Source of the DNA: a virus
Lineage: Duplodnaviria > Caudoviricetes
Length of the DNA stretch: 64,000 nt
Virus record (IMG/VR): IMGVR_UViG_3300044652_000025
Location: 87,491-151,490 of that record
Strand: one strand, 5' to 3'
The first letter of the stretch is position 1. Each line of letters starts with the position of its first letter. Position numbers and translations under genes: made by a program. Shown in pieces: positions 8,973 through 16,570 of the stretch. The notes beneath the pieces were generated by a model. That model had not been told where the DNA came from. It made no database searches and was given only the letters and a program-made list of their open reading frames with translations.

Positions 8973-9388
8973 GAGGCCACCCACTGGCGTTCGGCGCAGG
9001 CGGCGCAGTAGCGGGTGCCCGACATGAAGAACTGCGGGGTGTCACCCCGGTACTCGACGTAGGTGTCGCCAGGATGGATGACGCCCAGACAGTCGGGGTG
9101 GTACTCGGGGTTGGGGACCGGGACGATCTCGAAGGTCGGCGGGGCCGTCTCGGGAAACCGGGGGTGGCAGGTGCCCCGGCGCTGGCGTTCGATCCCGGCT
9201 TCGGCCTGCTCCATGGTCTTGTAGCGGTAGGAGCCCTCCATGTCGGCGGTCGACCCGTCGGGCATCCGGTGGTGGCAGTGTCGGACGGCCTCGTAGCTCC
9301 GGACCGGCTCGGCGCCGATGCAGCGGTACTCCTTGCGGGCCGTGCGGACGATGCAGTTCTCGGCGAGGGTGACGGCTCGGAGGTTCAC
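8969..9388 (-). CDS. Hypothetical Cys-rich protein
   Basis: RTARKEYRC...CLGVIHPGDTY...YCAACA Zn-binding pattern. Confidence 0.7.
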   Translation of the reverse strand: MNLRAVTLAENCIVRTARKEYRCIGAEPVRSYEAVRHCHHRMPDGSTADMEGSYRYKTMEQAEAGIERQRRGTCHPRFPETAPPTFEIVPVPNPEYHPDCLGVIHPGDTYVEYRGDTPQFFMSGTRYCAACAERQWVAS

Positions 9389-9657
9389 CGGCGGCGCTCC
9401 CTCCGCTCGCCGCCGCGGGTTTGGGCGACCCGGCGGATCCGGTCGGGACGGACGGCGTGGAACTGGAGCCGACCGCGCTTGCCGCCGAAGACCTCGACGT
9501 GGCGGACCTCGCCGGTGGCGTCGTCGACCTCGATGGCCTTGACCACCGCCTCGAACGAGGCGCCCTTGAGGTCCGGGGCGGGCAGCACCTTGACGATGTC
9601 ACCCACCCTGATGAAGTTCCTGGCGCCCTCGGGGCGCCACTCCTGTAGTCGCATCAT
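9385..9657 (-). CDS. Hypothetical protein (SH3/KOW-like beta barrel?)
   Basis: RBS AGGAG; IRVGDIVKV. Confidence 0.7.
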   Translation of the reverse strand: MMRLQEWRPEGARNFIRVGDIVKVLPAPDLKGASFEAVVKAIEVDDATGEVRHVEVFGGKRGRLQFHAVRPDRIRRVAQTRGGERRERRR

Positions 9658-9813
9658 TGATCTATCTCCTGGAGCATCGGTACCCGGCTGGCGGACCGGG
9701 CGGCGGGCAGACCGCCCACCATCTCAATTATACGCAGCCTGTCAAGTATCCCTTGTGGGGAAGGCCTGTCGGCCACCTGAGTTATATCGTCTCAGGTGGC
9801 CGACGAGAGGCCT

Positions 9814-9996
9814 CTACGGCAAGAGGTCGGGGTCGAAGCGGCCCGGGGCCTTACCCGATCCCTCGCACCGGACGGTCCGGTGGTCGTTGACCAGAACGGC
9901 GTAGGCCGTCACGAGGCGCCGGTGGACGGCGAGCTTGCCGTCGGCGACGGTGACATCGCCGCCGCACCAGGGGCACTCACCGACCGGCCGTGTCAC
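9814..9996 (-). CDS. Small zinc-ribbon protein
   Basis: GTGA-coupled; CPWCG...H...CEGSG. Confidence 0.65.
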   Translation of the reverse strand: MTRPVGECPWCGGDVTVADGKLAVHRRLVTAYAVLVNDHRTVRCEGSGKAPGRFDPDLLP

Positions 9997-10310
9997 CGCA
10001 TCTCCCGCAGCTTGCGCTGGATGGTCTCCAGCGCCCGGATGTTGGAGCGGATGATGCCGTGCTCCTCCCACTCCGAGGGCAGGCCGTCCTTGATGTTGCC
10101 GAGGATGACGATGGCGTCGTCGATCTCCTCGATGAAGTCGGCGAGGAGTTTGGTCGGGACGACAAGGTGGTGGTCGCCGGTGAGCGACACCCCCATTGTC
10201 TCCCAGTCGGCCAGGCCTTCTCCGTCGATCTCCTCGGGGACCGGCTTGCCGAGCATCCACTCCGCGGCGTCGATCTGGCGGATGCCGCGCAGCTTGAGCG
10301 CGATCTGCAT
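9993..10310 (-). CDS. Hypothetical protein
   Basis: Strong RBS GGAAAGGAG; acidic 105 aa. Confidence 0.75.
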   Translation of the reverse strand: MQIALKLRGIRQIDAAEWMLGKPVPEEIDGEGLADWETMGVSLTGDHHLVVPTKLLADFIEEIDDAIVILGNIKDGLPSEWEEHGIIRSNIRALETIQRKLREMR

Positions 10311-10411
10311 GAGCAGATCTCCTTTCCTGGGGCTATGTCGTTGTCAATGAGCAGGTGCCGGGCTGGCGGACCCGGCGGTCAGGGGGCGAGCCGTTCCCGC
10401 CCCGCACTCTA

Positions 10412-10460
10412 AGTATACCCGCTCACCGATAAGTTGCAACATGCCCTCTTCTGGTATGAT
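10412..10460. promoter_or_regulatory. Divergent promoter pair around palindromic TTGCAA
   Basis: Minus: TTGCAA(10434-39)-16-TATACT(10412-17). Plus: extended -10 TGGTATGAT (10452-60). Confidence 0.55.
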
Positions 10461-10466
10461 GCATCA

Positions 10467-10625
10467 ATAGTCACACCAGAGCACAGATATTGACAGGAGA
10501 TACGCAACAGTAGTTAACAACAAGAAATCTGATCGACTGATCTGTATTTTCTGAGCAGGGATTGACAGCATCATCGTGAGTGCTGCGGTCATCAGGTCTG
10601 TTGCTGTTGAGGCTGGTGTGATCCA
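10467..10625 (+). ncRNA. Candidate structured non-coding RNA (or origin)
   Basis: AT-rich, no ORF in track, nested complementary segments; lies just downstream of a -10 box. Confidence 0.35.
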
Positions 10626-10701
10626 CCCGCCCTATAGGGCCTTGTAACCACTTGCAATGGTTACTAGACTCTTCAAACGCGCACAGGCGAAGCAGGAGGA
10701 A

Positions 10702-10720
10702 GGCGGCCCGAAGGGCCGCC
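10702..10720 (-). terminator. Intrinsic terminator-like hairpin
   Basis: GGCGGCC-CTTCG-GGCCGCC followed by a pyrimidine tract on minus. Confidence 0.55.
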
Positions 10721-10817
10721 GAACTACTCGTGGGGGTCTGGGACTCCCGGTTACTGACGAGTATTTGTTCCCCGAACAGCGTGTAATACGAACGACCGTT
10801 CGGTCCTGGTCAACCCC

Positions 10818-11159
10818 CTACGAGACCGCCCAGCCCGCCCGGCCCGGCCCTGGCCCGCCCGGTACCTCCAGGCGCTGGCCGTTCAGCTGCTTGGAGCGCT
10901 CCTCCCGTAGGCCGTTGAGGAGGGCCTGGACCAGCCGGTCGACAGCCTCGGCGTCAGCCACCGCCGGTCCCTGGACCAGTGCCTGGTTGTGGACCATCGT
11001 GTCGAGCACCGCGCCCTTCATCGACGTCACGACCACCACCACCGGCCCCTGGGTGGTCACCGCCGGGATCGCGTCCCAGTAGACCTCGTCCCCCGCCGCG
11101 TGCCGCTCGACCGACTCCGAGACCCAGGACGCGATCATCTCGCTGATCCTCCGGCTCAT
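10818..11159 (-). CDS. Hypothetical protein
   Basis: RBS GGAGG before ATG 11159. Confidence 0.7.
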   Translation of the reverse strand: MSRRISEMIASWVSESVERHAAGDEVYWDAIPAVTTQGPVVVVVTSMKGAVLDTMVHNQALVQGPAVADAEAVDRLVQALLNGLREERSKQLNGQRLEVPGGPGPGRAGWAVS

Positions 11160-11469
11160 CTTCTGGCCTCCATCTCTGCGCGTAGGGCCGCTTCGTCCAC
11201 AGGTCACCGCAGTTGTCCCACCAGACGTCGCCCAGGGACTCCCAGTCTTCCTCGTCCATCACAGCTTGAGCCGGTGCGCCCTCTACATCGACAGGGCCTC
11301 GCCGTCACACTAGATCGAGAAAGCCTGCACATTTCCCGGACGTCCCTGCACATATACAGAATGACGGTGGACATTCCAGGAAGTGAGGGGTTAACACCGG
11401 CCCCTGAGCACGACATCTAACAGATAGACCCGTCGCCAGACGGATCAGCCCCAGGAAAGGACATCAATC

Positions 11470-11625
11470 ATGCGTAAGCTCACGATCACGCTTGTCGGTT
11501 CCGCTTCGGATATCGATTGGCTGAAGGATCGGATCATGCCGATGGTCGAAGAGACGATCATCGAAGAGGAAGGCCGCCTCGACGGCCTCGTGAAGGTCGA
11601 CTACGACTGGAACGACATGCGGTAA
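11470..11625 (+). CDS. Small hypothetical protein (51 aa, MRKLTITLVG...), below ORF-track cutoff
   Basis: RBS GGAAAGGA, good codon bias, followed by hairpin. Confidence 0.7.
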   Translation: MRKLTITLVGSASDIDWLKDRIMPMVEETIIEEEGRLDGLVKVDYDWNDMR

Positions 11626-11631
11626 AACGCG

Positions 11632-11665
11632 ATGAGGCCCCGGGTTCCGCCGCCCGGGGCCTCAT
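11632..11665. terminator. 13-bp hairpin between convergent genes
   Basis: ATGAGGCCCCGGG-8 nt-CCCGGGGCCTCAT. Confidence 0.6.
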
Positions 11666-11689
11666 GCGCGTACTGCTCCCCAGCAGGGC

Positions 11690-11875
11690 CTAGAAACCGC
11701 CGAAGCCGTTCCCAATGTTCCAGAACGACCAGCCGTTGCCGGATCCGTTGAGCGTGATGAGGCAGACGTTCTTGCGGATCGAGACCGATCCGAAGTGGCA
11801 GCGCCGCCGCAGCTGGGCCGTGTCAGCCAGCGACGGCAGGACGGTTACGTCGTCGGTGATGGTCAGTTCGTGCAT
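11690..11875 (-). CDS. 61-aa peptide with Gly/Asn/aromatic C-terminus
   Basis: G-rich RBS, GC3-rich codons. Confidence 0.6.
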   Translation of the reverse strand: MHELTITDDVTVLPSLADTAQLRRRCHFGSVSIRKNVCLITLNGSGNGWSFWNIGNGFGGF

Positions 11876-11966
11876 GGTGATTCCCCCTAGCTAGTGGGTG
11901 GTTGCCAGAGGGATTCGACACCGTTTGACCCGGTTCCTGCTCGTATGACCGATTCGTCCCGAAAGT

Positions 11967-11999
11967 GAGAGGCCCCGGGATCGCCGCCCGGGGCCTCTC
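11967..11999. repeat. Palindrome nearly identical to 11632-11665
   Basis: GAGAGGCCCCGGG-ATCGCCG-CCCGGGGCCTCTC. Confidence 0.8.
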
Positions 12000-12086
12000 G
12001 GTGATGTTCGAGTCTCACCGATCTCCATAGTGGCATGAAGGGGACGAAAGGGACACTCGGTGCCGGTTACGATCCGGTGACGTCTC

Positions 12087-12137
12087 TTGCTCAGATCGAA
12101 GATAGAGCGTATGGTGCTCTCTAACTCAGATCGAAGA
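12087..12137 (+). promoter_or_regulatory. Promoter with direct-repeat operator
   Basis: TTGCTC-17-TATGGT; CTCAGATCGAAGA at 12090 and 12125. Confidence 0.55.
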
Positions 12138-12151
12138 AAGAGAGAGCGTTC

Positions 12152-12505
12152 ATGGTCATCACCGAAGGCGACCTCCTCCGGCTCCAGGCGAGCGTCAACG
12201 ACCTCGCCCATCAGATTCACCATCTCGTAGAACGTCACCGGGAGAACACCGATCCCCGCGACTGGGAAGCCCGCCGCTTCGCCCAGCTGCTCGACTATGT
12301 CTACGCCCACCAGCCGGTGGAGCTTTACGGCGAGTTGACGGCCAAGGCCAAGGAGTTCGGCTACACCCGCTTCCCCAACCGGAGCTTCGCCTCCGAGCAG
12401 GTTCCCAACGGCGTGTTCCGCAAGGTCACCGTCGGCGGCACGGTGATGGTCGAGTTGACCGACTCCGGGATCGCCACTCACCAGGCTCTGCTTCGTTACC
12501 TCTGA
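12152..12505 (+). CDS. Hypothetical protein
   Basis: Own promoter, good codon bias, downstream hairpin. Confidence 0.75.
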   Translation: MVITEGDLLRLQASVNDLAHQIHHLVERHRENTDPRDWEARRFAQLLDYVYAHQPVELYGELTAKAKEFGYTRFPNRSFASEQVPNGVFRKVTVGGTVMVELTDSGIATHQALLRYL

Positions 12506-12506
12506 A

Positions 12507-12556
12507 CGCGGCGGGGGCCGGGATGATTGTCCCCGTCACCCCGGCCCCCCACCGCG
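12507..12556. terminator. Long GC hairpin between convergent genes
   Basis: GGGGCCGGG.TGA/TCA.CCCGGCCCC inverted repeat. Confidence 0.55.
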
Positions 12557-12558
12557 AT

Positions 12559-14100
12559 CTAGGACCGGGCCAGCCTCAGGATCTCCCGCCGGTGTGCCGC
12601 CGACACGAACCCCTCCTCGTCGGCGTCGGCGTCGAGGAGCGCATCGGACCACTGGTTTCGCTTGAGGATGAGCCCGGCGATGGCTTCCTCGACGGTGCCC
12701 CGGGCGATGAAGCTCATCACCGTCACCGACGGGTGGGTGGAGTCGATCCGGTGGATCCGGTCCGAGCGCTGCACGTAGGCGGCGTAGGTCAGCGGCAACT
12801 CGTAGTGGATCGCGTAGCTCGCCTCGGGGAGGTTGATGCCCCGCTGCCCGGCGTCGGAGGTCAGGAAGATCTGGGCCTGCCCGGCCCGGAAGGTGGCCTG
12901 AGCGGCGTCGCGGGCGTGCTGGGACAGCTGGCCGTGGTTGACGGCCACGGAGTACCCGCACTCCTCCAGCCGCTCCTGGATCAACGGCAGGACACTCTGG
13001 CCGAAGAAGGTGAAGATCACCGCCTGGGCACCCTGACCCTCTACGAGAGGTTGAAGGTACTCGACGAGGCGATCGAGCTTGGTCGAGCCCAGCGCCCGGA
13101 GCCCGGCCTCGCCGACCTCCCGGACAATGGTCCTGGAGATCTCCGACTCGGAGCGCACGAGGCTGGCCGGATGCCCGGCGATCTGACGCAGGATGGTGAA
13201 GACGGACGCGTCGTCGGCGCCCCGGAAGAGCCCATCGACCGTGTCGTAGAACTCCAGGTGGCGCCGGTCGAGATCAACGTAGGTGACCTCCTCCACCCGC
13301 CGCGGAAACTGCTCGATGACGTCGGGATCGGTCTTGCGCTTACGGAGCATGACCGGAGCGAGCTTCTGAGCCAGCGCCGGGATGTTCTTCCACTTGACGA
13401 CGTTGCCGTAGATGTCCCGAGCCTCGACGTGGTCGTGCTCGAAGGAGTCGACAGTGCCGACAGTCGCCGGAGTGAGAATCCGACCGAGGTTGTAAAGGTT
13501 CTCCGGGCCGTTCTCGACCGGCGTCGCCGTCAGACCCATCACGCGGGTCACGGCGCACGACCTCAAGTGATTGATCAATGTGGCGTGGTGCTTGTGATTC
13601 TGACTGGAGCGATTACCGAGCTTCGTCATTTCGTCGAAGATCATCAGCACGCGCTGACCAGCGAATGCCTCAGCCAGGAAGTGCGGAGCCAGCCGTTTGG
13701 TCTTCCGACCGTTCACCGCCACCGGATGCGCGGCGTCGTTTCTCACGGTTTCGTATGTTCCGATCAGCACCTGAGGGAGATCATCGAGGATCCGCCGCCG
13801 AGTAGTCGGGGCGCCCTTGTAGACGCGGTGCGTCAACCGGGTGAAGCGCTCCAGGTCGGCGTCCCACTCGGTGAGTTTGTTCCGCTCACACACCACGAGA
13901 CATAGATCGATGAGTCCGTCCTCGAAGAGCATGGCGGCGGTAGCCATACCGATGTGCGTCTTGCCGATCCCAGTGTCGTAAACGACAAGGTTGTCATTCC
14001 GGAGGAGGGCGTAGGCGACCGCCTCGGCCTGAAAGGGCAGCAGACCCCAGGGTGAGGAATAGAGCGGCTGGGCCGGTGCCTCAGGGTTGGCGAGACTCAT
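12559..14100 (-). CDS. SNF2-like SF2 helicase
   Basis: LLPFQ, YDTGIGKT, IFDEMT, LTATPVEN, GQRGINL, QRSDRIHR. Confidence 0.9.
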   Translation of the reverse strand: MSLANPEAPAQPLYSSPWGLLPFQAEAVAYALLRNDNLVVYDTGIGKTHIGMATAAMLFEDGLIDLCLVVCERNKLTEWDADLERFTRLTHRVYKGAPTTRRRILDDLPQVLIGTYETVRNDAAHPVAVNGRKTKRLAPHFLAEAFAGQRVLMIFDEMTKLGNRSSQNHKHHATLINHLRSCAVTRVMGLTATPVENGPENLYNLGRILTPATVGTVDSFEHDHVEARDIYGNVVKWKNIPALAQKLAPVMLRKRKTDPDVIEQFPRRVEEVTYVDLDRRHLEFYDTVDGLFRGADDASVFTILRQIAGHPASLVRSESEISRTIVREVGEAGLRALGSTKLDRLVEYLQPLVEGQGAQAVIFTFFGQSVLPLIQERLEECGYSVAVNHGQLSQHARDAAQATFRAGQAQIFLTSDAGQRGINLPEASYAIHYELPLTYAAYVQRSDRIHRIDSTHPSVTVMSFIARGTVEEAIAGLILKRNQWSDALLDADADEEGFVSAAHRREILRLARS

Positions 14101-14419
14101 CGACCACCGCGGCCCGGATGGCCCACGTCACGGTGAAGCCGCTGAGGGATCCGTCGGCGGAGAAGACCGCGACGGGCTCGTCCCGCAGGTAGAGGGTGCA
14201 GCGCCCCTGAGGCAGCGGGATCCCCGGCAGGCCCGGCACGCCGATGAACTCGGCGCTCAGCACCACACCGTCATCGAGGAGGCGCTTGGTCGCCGGAGCA
14301 TTGACCAGGACGGAACCCGGGATGCAGAACTCCATGCTCCAGGGACCGTCGTCGTGGAGAGCGCGTTCGAGCAGCCGGGCACGGTAGGCGATCTGGGAGA
14401 CCAGTACGTCGAGAGCCAT
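14081..14419 (-). CDS. Hypothetical protein
   Basis: RBS AAGGAG before ATG 14419. Confidence 0.65.
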   Translation of the reverse strand: MALDVLVSQIAYRARLLERALHDDGPWSMEFCIPGSVLVNAPATKRLLDDGVVLSAEFIGVPGLPGIPLPQGRCTLYLRDEPVAVFSADGSLSGFTVTWAIRAAVVDESRQP

Positions 14420-14475
14420 GGCAAGTTCTCCTTGCCAAGAGAGTACCTGGATCACCCCGGTTTTAACACCGAAAT

Positions 14476-14721
14476 CTACCGCGCAGGGATCGGCACCCAC
14501 TGAGCCGCATCGGGATCCCACATCTTCGCCACGACCGTGGACCCGATCCCAGTACGAATCTTCGTCGGGAACAAGATCGAGGGCGGCCAGTCTCTGGAGT
14601 ATCGGACGACCGTCGGCGTGTAGATCCCGGTAAAGGTCGTCACTCCCCCGGGGTTACTCCGCGGCGCGCTCCTGGTGAACTGTGACCCGTCCCGGATCGA
14701 GGTGAAGGTGAACGTCGCCAC
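14476..14721 (-). CDS. Small putative tail appendage protein
   Basis: TAGTG coupling; KMWD..AQW motif. Confidence 0.6.
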   Translation of the reverse strand: MATFTFTSIRDGSQFTRSAPRSNPGGVTTFTGIYTPTVVRYSRDWPPSILFPTKIRTGIGSTVVAKMWDPDAAQWVPIPAR

Positions 14722-15695
14722 TAGATGTCCGAGTCCTGTTTGACCCAGAAGCCCATCCCGAAGGCCGACTGCCCGGCGAACTTGACGTAGTTCACGCCGC
14801 CGAGTTGGGCGACATCACCCGGCGGGCGGATGTCGGCGATGGTGTTGGTGTACGGCTCGTTGAAGAGGACCACGTCGTCGAGGTTGGCCCGCCACCCCAT
14901 GCCCGACGCGGTGGGGATGTTGCTCTGGGCAAAGCCGTCGGGGCCGACGATGATGCAGGGGACTCCGACGGTCGCCCCGGTGACAGGGTCCGGGATCACC
15001 GAGCCGATCCGGACGAGACCCTCCTTAGCCGGGGTGGCGGGAAGGAAGGCGATCTTGTCGGAGTATTGAACGTACTGAATTCCCCTCGACGCCACGCTGT
15101 AGCCACCCGACCCGCCGTAGGCATTGACCTCGTAAGGGTTGTGGTTCCTGGCCACGAAGAGGCACATCGGGTACCCGGCCCGAGCCGTGGCCAGCCCAAC
15201 GATCGTCCCGGTCATCGACCAGGCGTTGGACCCCGCAGCGGTCGTGTACCACGACGACAGATACAACCGGCTCTTGGTCACCATGACGTTCCAGTTGACC
15301 GGCCAGGTGATGCCGCTGCCCCATGATCCCTGCCAGGCGCTGACCCCGAGGGCGTTGTTCATGACGAGGGTGTTCATGGGCTGGGTGTAGTTGCGCGTCC
15401 CGTCAGGGTTCTGGGGGGCGTTCTGATCCCAAGCCACGAACTTGCCGATGGTGTGGGTCGAGATGTCGTAGGTCTCCCCGGCGTAGATGTAGAGCCAGGG
15501 ATCGTTGACCGAGAAACCGACGTAGAAGTCTGTCGACGCGAGGTTCTGGGAGCCGAGGCACTTCCAGATGTACTGACTGCCGAGCGTCTCGACGAAGTCC
15601 CAGCCCGGATGGGTGGTCATCAGGTCAGCCAAGTTGGTGTAGATCGTCGACGCCGCGGTGAGGCCGCCGCCGCTGATGGTGCCCGTTGCGTACAT
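14721..15695 (-). CDS. Putative tail/receptor-binding protein (324 aa)
   Basis: Start MYATG after RBS GGAGG; G/S/T/W-rich; end of tail operon. Confidence 0.7.
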   Translation of the reverse strand: MYATGTISGGGLTAASTIYTNLADLMTTHPGWDFVETLGSQYIWKCLGSQNLASTDFYVGFSVNDPWLYIYAGETYDISTHTIGKFVAWDQNAPQNPDGTRNYTQPMNTLVMNNALGVSAWQGSWGSGITWPVNWNVMVTKSRLYLSSWYTTAAGSNAWSMTGTIVGLATARAGYPMCLFVARNHNPYEVNAYGGSGGYSVASRGIQYVQYSDKIAFLPATPAKEGLVRIGSVIPDPVTGATVGVPCIIVGPDGFAQSNIPTASGMGWRANLDDVVLFNEPYTNTIADIRPPGDVAQLGGVNYVKFAGQSAFGMGFWVKQDSDI

Positions 15696-15697
15696 GG

Positions 15698-15895
15698 TCA
15701 GCCTCCGGCGGTGTCGATCCAGACGAGGTTCACGCCGGGACTCGATGGTGGGGTGTCGCTGATGTAGATGGCCACGGCGATGGTCCCGAAGGCCGTGTCG
15801 ATCTTGTCCATGTTCTCGGCGATGTCGAGGGTGACGTCGACGTGGTCGGTCTCGTCCGGCCGCCGGAGATTGAGGTTGGGAGTCAGGGTGGCCAT
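15698..15895 (-). CDS. Short fibre-attachment protein
   Basis: TPNLNLRRPD..D.VDV..DIAENMDKID anchor; YISDTPP...VWIDT. Confidence 0.75.
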   Translation of the reverse strand: MATLTPNLNLRRPDETDHVDVTLDIAENMDKIDTAFGTIAVAIYISDTPPSSPGVNLVWIDTAGG

Positions 15896-15904
15896 GGGGT
15901 CCTT

Positions 15905-16570
15905 TCAGCCGTAGAGCGACGCCTCGCCGATGAGAGCCGAGAAGTGAAGGCCATAAAAGCCGTCGACGGTGACCTCGACCCATGACTTGGCTGGCGGCCC
16001 ACTGTCGGACTGGTAGACGAACGGCCCGAAGTCGGGATCGTGGGCGTTGTCGAGGAGGTCCCAGAAGCTCGCCCCGTCCCACGACTGGGCTCCGAAAGCA
16101 GACATCGTCCAGGGGTCAGGTATCCCGCCGCTGGGGATGGCACCGGTGGCGTCGGCCATCAGCGCGATGGCGAAGCTGATCTGATTGAGTTCGTAGGATC
16201 CGGCGATGTTGCTGGCGTAGGGCCACCCGGGGCCGGGATTGGGGGTCCAGAGCCCGAACGAGGCCGAGACGTAGGTCCCGGCCTTGAGAACCGTGGTGAC
16301 CGTCGTGGTGAACCCGGTCGACGCCGTCAAGGCGATTGGGACCATCCTGCGCCCCGGTCCGTTATTGATGTAGTTCCCGCCCGGGGAGTACCAGAGGTCG
16401 AAGCTGCCGTCGACCACCTTGGCCCCGACATGGTTCAAGGTGGCATGCTGCCCGGCCGTAAGGACCTGGCTGTCGATCAGGTCCATGTTGTGGGCGATGT
16501 CGGCGGTGACGTCGACGAAGTCGGTGGTGTCGGGCTTGCGGAGGCCCAGGTTCGGCGTCGTACTGCTCAA
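15905..16570 (-). CDS. Tail fibre-associated protein
   Basis: Same N-terminal anchor (TPNLGLRKPD...NMDLIDS). Confidence 0.75.
   Translation of the reverse strand: MSSTTPNLGLRKPDTTDFVDVTADIAHNMDLIDSQVLTAGQHATLNHVGAKVVDGSFDLWYSPGGNYINNGPGRRMVPIALTASTGFTTTVTTVLKAGTYVSASFGLWTPNPGPGWPYASNIAGSYELNQISFAIALMADATGAIPSGGIPDPWTMSAFGAQSWDGASFWDLLDNAHDPDFGPFVYQSDSGPPAKSWVEVTVDGFYGLHFSALIGEASLYG

Noticed and set aside
9727-9745. Perfect TTGACA and TATAAT on the minus strand
   Set aside because: Only 7 nt apart, so not a canonical -35/-10 pair; the -10 alone may still function.
10954-11262. 102-aa ORF MMDEEDW...
   Set aside because: Mostly overlaps the better-supported 10818-11159 gene in another frame; only the first ~35 codons look plausible.
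11690-11875. Lasso or lanthipeptide precursor call
   Set aside because: No Asp/Glu acceptor in the putative core and no modifying enzymes nearby; kept only as an unassigned peptide.
14721-16082. ORF-track N-terminal extensions (also 29810-31591, 43850-44932, 55234-56454, 58738-59754)
   Set aside because: Extensions overlap upstream genes; starts reassigned using RBS and stop-start coupling.
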